From Candidatus Eiseniibacteriota bacterium (GTDB taxonomy: Bacteria; Eisenbacteria; RBG-16-71-46; CAVPCR01), in the NCBI GenBank assembly GCA_963702435.1, contig CAVPCR010000002.1, positions 32,001-96,000 on the forward strand: 64,000 nucleotides of DNA, read 5' to 3'. The notes under the pieces were generated by a model, which saw only the letters and a list, made by a program, of their open reading frames with translations, ran no database searches and was not told the DNA's origin. The position numbers and the translations under genes are program-made. Below, one piece after another: positions 1-13,048 of the stretch; positions within the stretch are counted from its first letter, which is position 1; the number at the start of each line of letters is the position of its first letter.

Positions 1-1
1 C

Positions 2-1051
2 GAGGCGGCGGTGCGCGAGGTCATCACCTCCGGCGCATTCATCCTGGGACCCAAGGTCGTGGCTCTGGAAGGCGAGGTGGCCCGCCTGTGCGGGGTCGCC
101 CATGCGGTGGGCGTGGCCTCGGGGACCGATGCCCTGATCGTCGCGCTCCGCGCTCTCGACATCGGCCCGGGCGACGAGGTCGTCACCTCCGCCTACAGCT
201 TCTTCGCCTCGGCCGGCGCCATCCTCCTCGTCGGCGCGAAACCCGTCTTCGTGGACATCGAGGCGGCGACCTGGAACATGGATCCGGCGCGTCTCGAGGC
301 GGCGATCACCCCGCGCACCCGCGCCATCATGCCGGTGCACCTCTTCGGGCAGTGTGCGAACATGGACCCGATCCTCGCCATCGCCCGCGCCCGCGGGATC
401 GCGGTGGTCGAGGACGCGGCGCAGGCGCTCGGAGCCAAGGACCGCGGCCGCCCGGCAGGAAGCATGGGCGAGTTCGGCTGCTTCAGCTTCTATCCGACCA
501 AGAACCTGGGCGGACTCGGCGACGGCGGGATGATCGCGACGAACGACGCCGCGCTCGCCGACAAGGCGCGCCTGGTCCGCATCCACGGCTCGCGGCCCAA
601 GTACGTGACCCGCGTCCTCGGCATGAACAGCCGCCTCGACTCCCTGCAGGCGGCCCTCCTCCTCGTCAAGCTGCCGCACCTCGCGCGCTACACCGAGGAG
701 CGCCGCCGCCACGCGCGGGCCTATGACGCGCGATTCGCCGGCTCCGCGATCGCGCCGCCCCCCGTGCGCGCCGAGGCCTATCACATCTACAACCAGTATG
801 CGCTGCGCGTGCCCGATCGCGACCGCACGGAGAAGGCGCTCGCCGAGCGGGGCGTGGGCACCGCCGTCTACTACCCCGGCATCCTGCCCCTGCAGGAGGC
901 GGTCAAGCACCTCGGGCACAAGCCCGGGGACTTCCCGGTCGCCGAGCGCGCCGCCGCGGAGAATCTGTGTCTACCGATCTTCCCCGAGCTCAAGGACGAG
1001 GACCGCGAGTACGTGGCCGACCAGGTGCTCGCGCTCGCCGGCGCCAGGTAG
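2..1051 (+). CDS. DegT/DnrJ/EryC1/StrS PLP-dependent aminotransferase (5' truncated by window)
   Basis: SGTDAL, PVHLFGQ, EDAAQA, FSFYPTKNLGGLGDGG (PLP Lys) and NSRLD motifs; frame open to window edge. Confidence 0.93.
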   Translation, partial: EAAVREVITSGAFILGPKVVALEGEVARLCGVAHAVGVASGTDALIVALRALDIGPGDEVVTSAYSFFASAGAILLVGAKPVFVDIEAATWNMDPARLEAAITPRTRAIMPVHLFGQCANMDPILAIARARGIAVVEDAAQALGAKDRGRPAGSMGEFGCFSFYPTKNLGGLGDGGMIATNDAALADKARLVRIHGSRPKYVTRVLGMNSRLDSLQAALLLVKLPHLARYTEERRRHARAYDARFAGSAIAPPPVRAEAYHIYNQYALRVPDRDRTEKALAERGVGTAVYYPGILPLQEAVKHLGHKPGDFPVAERAAAENLCLPIFPELKDEDREYVADQVLALAGAR

Positions 1052-1611
1052 GCAGCGCCCGCGCCGGGGAGGCCCGGGCCGCTCTCGGAGCGGGGCACGC
1101 CGTCGCGCTCGCGGCCGTCGCGCTCGCGGTTGGCGCGCTCGCGGCCGGCGGCTGCAGCTATTCCTTCACGCCGAGCAAGCTCCCGTCGCACATCAAGACG
1201 GTGGCCATCCCGGTCTTCGAGAATGGGACCAGCGAGCCCGGTATCGAGCAGGAGATCACGCAGCAGATCACGCGCGAGTTCGTCGCCGACAACACCCTCC
1301 AGGTGGTGCCGGAAGGGCGCGCCGACGCGGGTATCTACGGGCGCATCCTCCGCTACGAGAATCGGGTCTTCGGCTACGACGCCAAGGGCGAGACGCAGCA
1401 GTACGAGGTGATCGTCGTGGTCGCGATCGAGTTCAAGGATCTGGTCAAGCGCAAGACCCTGTGGCAGGAGGGGGAGATGGTCGGCCGCTCGACCTACTAC
1501 GTCGTGGCCACCAGCGGGCAGCCGCCGCAGGACGAGGTGAGCGGACGCACCGAGGCGATCCGGCTCCTCGCCTCCGACATCCTGAATCGCACCGTGCGGA
1601 GCTGGAGCTAG
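967..1611 (+). CDS. lptE: LptE-family LPS-assembly lipoprotein
   Basis: Hydrophobic stretch ending in lipobox AAGG-C, then SYSF...IKTVAIPVFEN; stop overlaps holA start. Start codon uncertain. Confidence 0.8.
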   Translation: MSTDLPRAQGRGPRVRGRPGARARRRQVGSARAGEARAALGAGHAVALAAVALAVGALAAGGCSYSFTPSKLPSHIKTVAIPVFENGTSEPGIEQEITQQITREFVADNTLQVVPEGRADAGIYGRILRYENRVFGYDAKGETQQYEVIVVVAIEFKDLVKRKTLWQEGEMVGRSTYYVVATSGQPPQDEVSGRTEAIRLLASDILNRTVRSWS

Positions 1612-2723
1612 TGGCGGCGCGGGCGGGCAGCGGCGCGGGCCGGAGCGGCAGCGGGGCCCGCCGGAGCGCCGCCGGAGCGCGCGCCGCCGGCGGCGGCGAG
1701 CTCACGCTCGCGACCCTCGGCAAGGAGCTCACGGCGGGGACGCTCCGGCGCGTCTACCTCCTCGAGGGCGAGGAGCTGCTCCTTCGACGCGAGGTGCTGC
1801 AGGCGATCGAGAATGCCGCGCTCGGTCCCGATCCCGCGACCCGCGCCTTCGGGCGCCAGGTCTTTCCAGGGGCCGAGACCCGGATCGAGGACGTCCTCGC
1901 CGCGACGGCCGGCATGCCGATGTTCGGAGAGCGCCGCCTCGTCATCGTGGACGGCGTGGATCGCCTGCGCAAGAACGACCGCGAAGCGCTGGCGCCGGCG
2001 CTCGCGACCGTGCCCGACACGACCGTGCTCGTCCTCACCGCCGACAAGCTCGACGGGCGGCTGACCACGACGCGCGACTTGCGGGCCCGGGCCGCCGTGA
2101 TCCCGGTGAGCGAGCTCCCCGCCGCCGTCGTGCCCCGGTGGATCGAGTCGCGCTTCCGGGCGCTCGGCCACACGGTCGCCCCCGCGGCTGCCCAGCAGCT
2201 CCTCGCCCTGGCGGGTCCCGCCTTGTCCTCTCTGGCCGGAGAGATCGAGAAGGTGTCGCTCTACGTCGGCGCCGAGAAGGCGGTCACGATCGAGGACGTG
2301 AACCACGTGGTGGCCGGCGGCCTCGGTTCGACGCTCGACGAGCTCGTGAACGCCGTGGGCGAACGCGACCTCCCGCGCGCCCTCCGCTCGCTCTCGCGGG
2401 TGCTCGAAGCCGGGGAGGAGCCGCTCCGCGTGCTCGGGTTCCTGAACTACCGCATGACCGACCTCTGGCGACTGGCCCATGGGCATCGCGGATGGGTGCG
2501 CGAGGAGGTGCGCGCCGCGGCGCGCCGCTGGAGCGCCCCCGAGCTCGCGCGCGCGATCGCGCTCCTCTACGCCGCCGATCGCCTCCTCAAGGGTGGAGAG
2601 GGCGGCGAGGGCGGGATGCCGCTCCCGCGCCACCGCCACGGCGACGCGCTCGTGATCGAGACGCTCCTCGTGCGGATACTCCCTGCGGCGGCGCGGTCCG
2701 CCGCCGCGCCCGCACGGCGCTGA
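1611..2723 (+). CDS. holA: DNA polymerase III delta subunit
   Basis: VYLLEGEE, MPMFGERRLVIV, EIEKVSLY motifs; GTG at 1611 overlaps the lptE TAG; upstream part of ORF 723..2723 is spurious. Confidence 0.9.
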   Translation: MAARAGSGAGRSGSGARRSAAGARAAGGGELTLATLGKELTAGTLRRVYLLEGEELLLRREVLQAIENAALGPDPATRAFGRQVFPGAETRIEDVLAATAGMPMFGERRLVIVDGVDRLRKNDREALAPALATVPDTTVLVLTADKLDGRLTTTRDLRARAAVIPVSELPAAVVPRWIESRFRALGHTVAPAAAQQLLALAGPALSSLAGEIEKVSLYVGAEKAVTIEDVNHVVAGGLGSTLDELVNAVGERDLPRALRSLSRVLEAGEEPLRVLGFLNYRMTDLWRLAHGHRGWVREEVRAAARRWSAPELARAIALLYAADRLLKGGEGGEGGMPLPRHRHGDALVIETLLVRILPAAARSAAAPARR

Positions 2724-2770
2724 GCGGCCGCGCCGCCCCGGCTCGACGCAGGAGCGCCTCCTCGCGGCCC

Positions 2771-2799
2771 TGGACTGGCGCCCACTCCGGCCTTAGAAT
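2771..2799 (+). promoter_or_regulatory. Putative sigma70 promoter upstream of trxA
   Basis: TGGACT-N17-TAGAAT. Confidence 0.5.
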
Positions 2800-2958
2800 G
2801 CCGGCGCCATGAGCCCGGAAGGGGAGGGGCGCGCCGCGCCGCCAGCTAGGCGCACCGCCTGGCCCACTGCCGCATCCAAACAGACGATTCCCGCCCCGGC
2901 GAGCCGCCCGGGAGCGGCCCAGCGGAAGGTGCGAGAGCAAAAGAGGAGATGAAGGCGC

Positions 2959-3285
2959 ATGAAGGGGATGATGGAGCTCAACGACACGAACTTCGAGGTC
3001 GAGGTGATCCAGTCGAAGGAGCCGGTGCTCGTCGACTTCTGGGCCGAGTGGTGCGGCCCCTGCCGGACGATCACGCCGATCGTCGAGGAGATCGCCCAGC
3101 AGTATGAGGGGCGTCTCAAGGTGGGGAAGGTGAACGTGGACATCGCCAACATGACCGCCTCGCGCTTCGGAATCCGCTCGATCCCCTCCCTCCTCTTCTT
3201 CAAAGGCGGCGAGGTCGCCGAGACCATCGTCGGCGCCGTGCCCAAGGGCGAGATCCTGAAGCGCGTCGAGAGGGTGCTCGGCTAG
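2959..3285 (+). CDS. trxA: Thioredoxin
   Basis: 108 aa, VDFWAEWCGPC, IRSIP; GAGGAG SD upstream. Confidence 0.97.
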   Translation: MKGMMELNDTNFEVEVIQSKEPVLVDFWAEWCGPCRTITPIVEEIAQQYEGRLKVGKVNVDIANMTASRFGIRSIPSLLFFKGGEVAETIVGAVPKGEILKRVERVLG

Positions 3286-3611
3286 GCTTGCGCCGGTCCG
3301 ACCACGCGTAACGGCATTCATGGCGGTCGGTTGCCTGCAACCGACCGCCGCGCATATGGGGACGCATCTCTGCGGGGAACGAGCATGAGCCGAGTCCGGG
3401 GAGCCGGAAGGTGGTGGAGGCCGGCCGCCGTGGCGGGCGAGGCCGTCCTGGCCGTCCTGGCCGTCCTGGCCGCCCTGCCCGGCGCCATGCCCGCCTCGTC
3501 GCCGGCGCCCGCGGCTTTAGCCGGCCCCGCGGCCACCGCGCGGGAGCCGGGACGTGGCGGCCGCGAGCGGGAGCCGCTAGGCGCCCGGGGCCTCGCGAAG
3601 GGGATGAGGAC

Positions 3612-6379
<2,768 letters not shown>

Positions 6380-6478
6380 TGATATCATCCGCGGCCGCAG
6401 TCCACGGCCCTCGCCGTGGGTTCCCGGCGGCGCCCACCGCCCCCCCCGGGCCCGCTTCACCATGAGCGATCCGAAACG

Positions 6479-7834
6479 ATGTTGATAGAAAGAGCATTCC
6501 TGTCCCCGTCCGCATGCCGCGTCCGGCCGGCCGGTGCGTTCCGCGCGACCCTGATCGTCCCGGCGATCCTCGCCGCCCTGTCGCTGCCCGCCCCGAGCCA
6601 GGGCGCGCCGAAACAGATCAAGATCCAGCTCGCACCGAAGACCGGGGTGCTCCCTCTCGTGCAGATCCCGGCCGTACTCCCGATCCCGCTCGGTACCGAG
6701 CCGGGGGAGGTCCTCGCGGCCAGGCCGCAGGATCCGGGCCTAGGCGTGCTCTACGGCGTGCTCCAGAACGCCAGTCCGGACGGAGCCTTGACGGTCGCCG
6801 TTCTCAAGCAGCCCGACGGCAGCGAGCAGGTCATCCTCGATCTCAACGACAACGAGGATCTGACGGACGACCAGCGACATACCTGGACCGGATCCTACGG
6901 CCCTGTCGTCAAGGGCGTGCCCACGCTCCCGATGTTCGAGGTGCAGATCCGGCGCACTTGCCCCTCCGCCAGCGCGCCCGTCGACATCGCCGTCACTTTC
7001 CGGCGCTACGACAAGAACAAGGCGGCGGGCCGCGCCGCCGTGGGCCTCACCAACGGCATCCTGGCCAATCTCGACAGCTATACCGAGGGCACGGTCCGCC
7101 TCGGCGCAAAGTCCTACAAGGTCGCGCTCATGCCGGTCCAGTTCGCCGGCGCCGAGAGCCCGTTCAGCCATCCGGGCACGGCGATCATCTTCGACGTGAA
7201 CGGCGACGGACAGCTCGACGGCCATCCGTTCCGTGGCGGCGAGCGATTCTACCTGGGAGCGCCCTTCATGATCGACGGCCAGGGCTACAAGGTGGTCGAT
7301 GCGAGCTGCGACGGCCGGAGCGTGATCCTCGAGCCCGTGGATGCAGCCACCGTGGCCGCCAGCCAGCAGCCGCCGGCGGCCGCCCCGAGCACGCCGACTG
7401 CTGCGCTCGCTCCCGGCCAGCGCGCCCCGGACTTCGCCCTCGCCACGATCGAGGGGGACTCGATCCGCCTGAGCGACTACCGGGGCAAGGTGGTGCTCCT
7501 CGACTTCTGGGCGACCTGGTGCGGTCCCTGCCGCATGGAGATGCCCTACGTGAAGAGCGCCTTCGAGCGCTACAACAAGCGCGGGCTCGAGGTGATCGGC
7601 GTGAGCCTCGACAACACGCCGACCGAGGTGCGCGCCTACACCAAGATGGGCGGCATGCCATGGCCCCAGATCCTGCAGGGCCGCGGCACGATGACCCAGC
7701 TCAAGAAGGACTACGGCATTCGCTCCATCCCCGCAGCCTTTCTGATCGACCAGAAGGGGAACATCGCCGCGACGCATCCGCGGGGCGAGGGTCTGCTCAC
7801 GGCGATCGAAAATCTGCTCGGCGACGGCAGCTAG
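6479..7834 (+). CDS. Exported TlpA-family thiol:disulfide oxidoreductase with large N-terminal domain
   Basis: Signal-like N-terminus; C-terminal APDF...GKVVLLDFWATWCGPC...YGIRSIP; DLNDNEDL and DVNGDGQL Ca-loop-like motifs. Confidence 0.85.
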   Translation: MLIERAFLSPSACRVRPAGAFRATLIVPAILAALSLPAPSQGAPKQIKIQLAPKTGVLPLVQIPAVLPIPLGTEPGEVLAARPQDPGLGVLYGVLQNASPDGALTVAVLKQPDGSEQVILDLNDNEDLTDDQRHTWTGSYGPVVKGVPTLPMFEVQIRRTCPSASAPVDIAVTFRRYDKNKAAGRAAVGLTNGILANLDSYTEGTVRLGAKSYKVALMPVQFAGAESPFSHPGTAIIFDVNGDGQLDGHPFRGGERFYLGAPFMIDGQGYKVVDASCDGRSVILEPVDAATVAASQQPPAAAPSTPTAALAPGQRAPDFALATIEGDSIRLSDYRGKVVLLDFWATWCGPCRMEMPYVKSAFERYNKRGLEVIGVSLDNTPTEVRAYTKMGGMPWPQILQGRGTMTQLKKDYGIRSIPAAFLIDQKGNIAATHPRGEGLLTAIENLLGDGS

Positions 7835-7867
7835 TCTGCCGCCGGCGGCGGGACCCTTCCCCGGCAG

Positions 7868-10800
7868 ATGGCTCCCGCGCGCCGCGGAGCCGGAAAGGTG
7901 ATGCACGGCATGCGCTGCCCGGAGCGAGATCACGGCAAGGGGGCCGGGACTGGCCGGCGGCGGGCCACGCTCGCCGCCTTTGCGGCGCTCTCGACGCTCG
8001 CCGTTCTCGTCGCGATCCCGCTCTGCGCCGGGGCGGCCGCCGCCGCGCCCGGCGCGGAGCTCACGATCGCCGCCGCTCCCACCGCCCGGCAGCTCACCCT
8101 CCGTTTTTCACGCGATGCCGTCGTTTTCGACGGCGCGCCGGCGGGGGAGAGCGTAGCGCTCGCGACCGGCGGCGCGGGAGCTGTCGACGGCGCCCTGCTC
8201 CGTCTCGTCCTCCGCGTGGACGACGATTTCCGCGCCGACTCGTGCCGGGTCGTCGCGAGGACCGCGGCGGATATCGGCCGCGAGGCCGCGGACCTCGCCC
8301 CCGCGGCGCTCGCCGGGCTCGCCGGGCCCGCCGCCACGGTGGACGGGGAGTCCTGGCTGCGCGGGCGCCGGCTCGTGCATCTCACCGTCCGCCCTCTCGC
8401 TCTCGACGCGCCGAACGGCCGGCTCGAGCTCGCGACCGAGCTCGTGCTCGAGCTCGCCGGCCGGAGCGATCCGGCGCGCGGCCTGGCCCCGCGGGCTGCG
8501 CCCTGGGAGGCGAAGGTCGAGGCGATGCTCGCCGCGGCCGCGATTGACCTGCGCCGGGAGGCCGCGGCGCCGAGCGACGCCCTGCTCGGCCCGGTCGTCC
8601 CGCCGGCCACGAGCGCCCTCTGGAGCCCAACCTTCCGCCCGACCGCCGACGGTAGCGCCGTCGAATGCGTCATCGTGACACCGCAGGCCCTGGCCGGGCC
8701 CTTCCAGGAACTCGCCGCGTGGAAGACCGCGAAGGGCGTGCAGACCACCGTGCGCACGCTCGAGTGGATCCGGGCCACCTACCCGAACGGGATCGACCAG
8801 GCCGAGCAGCTCCGTTTCTTCCTCGCCGACGCCTACGAGCACTGGGGCACGCTCTGGGTGCTCCTCGGCGGCGACTCGGACCAGGTCCCCGTGCGTTACG
8901 CGACGCATGCGCTCAACATCCCGCCCTCCCTCGTCCCCACCGACCTCTACTACAGCTGTCTCGACGGGAACTGGAACCTCGACGGCGATGCGGCCTTCGG
9001 CGAGGGGCGGCCGCCCGGGCAGACCACGGGCGGGGACGAGGCCGATCTCGCTCCCGACGTCTTCGTCGGACGCGCTCCGGTCTCGACGGCGGGGGCCGCC
9101 CAGATCCTCGTCGACAAGCTGATCGCCTACGAGCGGGGCGCCGCCACCGATGCGCGCTACCCGGCCTCGGTGCTCCTCCTCGGCGAGCGGCTCTCGCCCA
9201 CGCTCGACGGCGCGGCCTACTGCGAGCAGGTGCGCGCGCGCCTCCCCGCCGGCCTCCGCACGGCGCGCCTCTACGAGAACCACGCCGCGTATCCGGGAGC
9301 GCTGCCCGAGACGCGCCGCGTGGTCATCGACTCGATGAACGCCGGCTTCGGCATCGTCCATCACGTGGGCCACGGATTCCGGAACACGATGTCGGTGGGG
9401 GACGAGAGCCTGCAGAACGCGGACATCGACGCGCTCGTGAACGGAGCGCGGCAATCGGTCGTCTATGCGGTCAACTGCGCCTCCACGGCCTTCGACTACA
9501 ACGCGATCGGCGAGCGCTTCCTGAAGAACGCGGCCGGCGGCGGGGTCGCCTACATCGGGAGCTCCCGCGTCGCGTATACGGGGGAGTCCCTCCCGCTCCA
9601 GAATGCGTTCTACGACGTCGTCTTCGCCGACAGCGTGACCGCAGTGGGCGCGGCGCACGCGCTCGCCAAGGTTCCGTTCATCGGGGCGGCGGTGAGCGAG
9701 ACGCCGGCGCGCTGGCTCCAGTTCTCGCTCGTGCTCCTCGGCGATCCCGAGACGCCGATCTGGCGGCGGGGACCGGTCCCCATCGCCGCCGTCCACGCCG
9801 GCTCCTTCCAGCTCGGGACGAACGCCTTCACGGTCACGGCCAGCGCGGGCGGGGCGCCGCTCGCGGGAGCACGCGTGGCGCTCGTCAAGTCGGGCGAGCC
9901 GTACACGGTGGGGACGACGGGAGCGAACGGGGTCGCGAGCCTGCCGTACAATCCATCCACCACCGGCCCCTTCACGGTGACCGTAACCCGGCCGGATCTC
10001 CGGCCCTACTCCGGGACGTCCACGGTGACCGCGGCGACGAGTCCGTTCCTGCACTTCGTGCAGGTGACGATCAACGATGACTCGACCCCGCCCTCGATCG
10101 GCAACGGGAACGGCGCGCCCGAGGCGGGGGAGACGCTCGAGCTCCGCATCATGCTCAAGAACGCAGGCCCCACGGCAGCCACCGGCGTGAGCGGCACGCT
10201 GAGCGTGGTCGGGGACGGGAGCCCGGTCGCGATCACGACCCCCACCGTGAGCTACGGGACCCTGGCCGCCCAGGGGCAGTCCTTCGGCGCGGGACGCTTT
10301 GTCGCCCGCATCCTGCCCTCCGCGCCCGATGCGTATGCGCCGGTCTTCCGGATCGCGATCGCCAGCGGGCAGGGGAGCTTCACCGACACCTTCGTCCTGC
10401 CCGTGCGCCGGAGCCTGGTCGAGCACGCGAGCCATGTCCTCGCCGACCCGCCGCCTTTGGGCAACGGAAACGGCGCCGCCGAGGCCGGCGAGGCGGTCAC
10501 CTACACGATCACGGCGATCAATCGCGGACCTGGCCGCGCCGACCAGGTGCGGGTGACGCTCCGCGTCCTCGACCGCACGACCGGCGCGCCGCATCCGGGG
10601 GTCACCGTCACCGATGCCGCGGCAGACTTCGGCGATCTCACGGCCGGCTCGACCCGCGCTGCGGATCCGCTCGCCTTCACGCTCGGCGGCGGCGTCGCCC
10701 CGGGCGCCCTCCGCCTCGAGCTCACCTGGCGCGACCGCTACGGCGTGATCGAGATCGCCCGCTCGGATCTCGAGCCGCCGCCGCCGGTCGCCGGTCTCCA

Positions 10801-12715
10801 CGGGCATGGCACCGCGCGGAGTATCACGCTCGCGTGGGCGGCGCCCGCAGCGCCGAGCGATGTGCGCGGGTACGACGTGCTCCGCGCGACGAGCGCCGCC
10901 GGGCCGTTCTCCCGCGTCAACATCTATCCGGCCGCGGGGGCGACGACGTACGAGGATGCGGGGCTCCCGTCCCTCATGCGCTTCTACTACGCGGTGGTCG
11001 CCCGCGACTCCTCGCACAACGCGAGCGTTGCGTCGGCCGTCATCTCGGCGACGACGACTCCCCCCCTCGCCACCGGCTGGCCGATCGAGATGGGTCAGGA
11101 GACATCGGCCGGCATCGCGTGCGACGACCTCGACGGCGACGGCGATCTCGAGATCGTGACCGGCGCCGATGCCGTCTACGCCTGGCATGCCGACGGCACC
11201 GAGTTGCGGGACGGCGACGACCTCCCGAACACGAGCGGCGTCTTCACCACGGACGGCCAGAGCGCGGACTTCGGCTTCCACGCCACGCCGGCGCTCGCCG
11301 ATCTGACCGGAGACGGGGACGTCGAGATCATCGCGGTGGCCTGGACCGAAGCCCAGGTCTTCGTGTGGAACGCCGACGGCTCGCGCGAGCCGGGATGGCC
11401 GCAGCCGATCGGGGGCGACTACAACTGGGCCTCGCCGGCCGTCGGCGATCTCGACCTCGACGGACGGCTCGAGATCGTGGTCGCCTCCGGCTACCAGGGG
11501 AAGGTGTTCGCCTGGCACCACGACGGGACCGAGGTCGCCGACGGCGACGGGAATCCCGCTACACACGGCGTCCTCTTCGCGACGGGCAGCGCGTACCTGT
11601 ACTCGTCGCCGGGGATCGCCAACATCGACGCGGAGTCACGACCCGAGATCGTCATCGGCAGTCAGAGCGCGGACGGCAAGGTCCATGCGATCAAGGTGAA
11701 CGGGCTGCCGGCCGTGGGCTGGCCGGTCGCGACGCACGGTCCGGTGACTGCGAGCCCGACGTTCGCCGATCTGGACGGCGACGGGCGGCACGAGGTGCTC
11801 TTCGCCTCGGAGTCGGATTCGGTCTTCATCATGCGCGGCGACGGCTCGCGCTACCCGGGCTGGCCGCGGCCGGCCTTCACCAACGCGGCGTTCGGCCACA
11901 CGAGCTCGCCGGTGCCCGCCGATCTGGATCAGGACGGACAGCTCGACATCGTGTACGCCGCCAACGACGGGCGGCTCCACGCCTGGCGGCGCACGGGTGA
12001 TCCGCTCCCCGGGTTCGCCGACGTGCGCTTCGCCACGGAAGCGCTCGGCCAGGACGCGACGCAGGCCACCCCCGCGATCGCCGACGTGGACGGCGACGGC
12101 CGGCTCGAGGTCCTCCTCGGCGCCGAGAACGGGCACATCTACGGCTGGAACCACGACGGGAGCGAGCTCGAGGGCTTTCCGATCGCGATCGACGGCGAGG
12201 TGCGGGCCGGGGTCTCGGTATGGGATATCGATCGGGACGGCCTCGTCGAACTGGCGGCGGCGTCCTACGACCGCCGGGTCTATGTCTGGGACCTCCCCGG
12301 CCCGGTCCGCGGCGATCGGATGCCCTGGCCCTTCTTCCGGCACGACATGCGGAACTCCGGCCGCTACGGCGCCGACGTGAACTCGATCGGCGTGGGGGAG
12401 GAGGAAGCCCCGACGGCAGGCGCCGCGGCGCTCGTCCTCTATCCCGCCGTGCCGAACCCGTTCAATCCGGAGACGACGATTCGTTTCCTCGTGCCCGGGG
12501 AGACCAGGGGAGCGCGGCCGGTCCGGCTCCGTATCCTCGACCCCGCGGGGCGCGTCATCCGCACCCTGGCCGACGGATCCTTCGGCACCGGGGAGCAGGC
12601 CGTGCGCTGGGACGGGCGCACCGCGCGGGGGGATCGCGCCGCGAGTGGGGCCTACTTCCTCGACCTCGAGGCGGGAGGGGAGCGCCGGACCGGTAAGGTC
12701 ATCCTCCTCAAGTAG
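7868..12715 (+). CDS. Secreted C25 (gingipain-like) cysteine peptidase with Ig/FN3, FG-GAP repeats and FlgD-Ig/T9SS-like C-terminal domain
   Basis: Signal peptide; VLLGGD, TDLYYS, VGRAP, HVGHG (His), AVNC (Cys), LLGDP; many DLDGDG repeats; PNPFNPETTIRF...WDG...SGAYF tail. Start may be 7901 or 7910. Confidence 0.88.
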   Translation: MAPARRGAGKVMHGMRCPERDHGKGAGTGRRRATLAAFAALSTLAVLVAIPLCAGAAAAAPGAELTIAAAPTARQLTLRFSRDAVVFDGAPAGESVALATGGAGAVDGALLRLVLRVDDDFRADSCRVVARTAADIGREAADLAPAALAGLAGPAATVDGESWLRGRRLVHLTVRPLALDAPNGRLELATELVLELAGRSDPARGLAPRAAPWEAKVEAMLAAAAIDLRREAAAPSDALLGPVVPPATSALWSPTFRPTADGSAVECVIVTPQALAGPFQELAAWKTAKGVQTTVRTLEWIRATYPNGIDQAEQLRFFLADAYEHWGTLWVLLGGDSDQVPVRYATHALNIPPSLVPTDLYYSCLDGNWNLDGDAAFGEGRPPGQTTGGDEADLAPDVFVGRAPVSTAGAAQILVDKLIAYERGAATDARYPASVLLLGERLSPTLDGAAYCEQVRARLPAGLRTARLYENHAAYPGALPETRRVVIDSMNAGFGIVHHVGHGFRNTMSVGDESLQNADIDALVNGARQSVVYAVNCASTAFDYNAIGERFLKNAAGGGVAYIGSSRVAYTGESLPLQNAFYDVVFADSVTAVGAAHALAKVPFIGAAVSETPARWLQFSLVLLGDPETPIWRRGPVPIAAVHAGSFQLGTNAFTVTASAGGAPLAGARVALVKSGEPYTVGTTGANGVASLPYNPSTTGPFTVTVTRPDLRPYSGTSTVTAATSPFLHFVQVTINDDSTPPSIGNGNGAPEAGETLELRIMLKNAGPTAATGVSGTLSVVGDGSPVAITTPTVSYGTLAAQGQSFGAGRFVARILPSAPDAYAPVFRIAIASGQGSFTDTFVLPVRRSLVEHASHVLADPPPLGNGNGAAEAGEAVTYTITAINRGPGRADQVRVTLRVLDRTTGAPHPGVTVTDAAADFGDLTAGSTRAADPLAFTLGGGVAPGALRLELTWRDRYGVIEIARSDLEPPPPVAGLHGHGTARSITLAWAAPAAPSDVRGYDVLRATSAAGPFSRVNIYPAAGATTYEDAGLPSLMRFYYAVVARDSSHNASVASAVISATTTPPLATGWPIEMGQETSAGIACDDLDGDGDLEIVTGADAVYAWHADGTELRDGDDLPNTSGVFTTDGQSADFGFHATPALADLTGDGDVEIIAVAWTEAQVFVWNADGSREPGWPQPIGGDYNWASPAVGDLDLDGRLEIVVASGYQGKVFAWHHDGTEVADGDGNPATHGVLFATGSAYLYSSPGIANIDAESRPEIVIGSQSADGKVHAIKVNGLPAVGWPVATHGPVTASPTFADLDGDGRHEVLFASESDSVFIMRGDGSRYPGWPRPAFTNAAFGHTSSPVPADLDQDGQLDIVYAANDGRLHAWRRTGDPLPGFADVRFATEALGQDATQATPAIADVDGDGRLEVLLGAENGHIYGWNHDGSELEGFPIAIDGEVRAGVSVWDIDRDGLVELAAASYDRRVYVWDLPGPVRGDRMPWPFFRHDMRNSGRYGADVNSIGVGEEEAPTAGAAALVLYPAVPNPFNPETTIRFLVPGETRGARPVRLRILDPAGRVIRTLADGSFGTGEQAVRWDGRTARGDRAASGAYFLDLEAGGERRTGKVILLK

Positions 12716-12840
12716 CGCCGAGGGCGCGCGGAATCCCCCTGGAAGCGATTGCGATAGATAGAATTGAATGCCTTGTTTAGACTGCTTTCGAGAGTCCGGC
12801 GACCATCCCGGGCCGGCCGCCGCCTCGACCAGGTAAGGGG

Positions 12841-12869
12841 TTGACCGGCCATCGGATGACGTCTAGCAT
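12841..12869 (+). promoter_or_regulatory. Putative sigma70 promoter of the paralog array
   Basis: TTGACC-N17-TAGCAT preceded by an AT-rich tract at about 12747-12790. Confidence 0.6.
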
Positions 12870-13048
12870 TAACCGGGGGCGAGGACGTGCCCCACGGACG
12901 GGCGAAGGGTATCGTCCGCCGCTCTTCCGTCTGACCGCCAGGCGAGAGGGGTGTTCGAGGCGCGGGTCGAAGCCGGACTCCAAGGCCGCGTGGTCCCCGC
13001 GACCGGCGAGGATTTGGCAATCCACATTTGAGGAGGAGGTCGTTCGAA

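Noticed and set aside
8108..11566. Very long antisense or alternate-frame ORFs (also 31684..34461, 41187..43604, 60335..63541 and many others)
   Set aside because: Shadow ORFs expected in very GC-rich DNA; they overlap motif-supported genes and have Arg/Gly/Pro-rich composition without motifs
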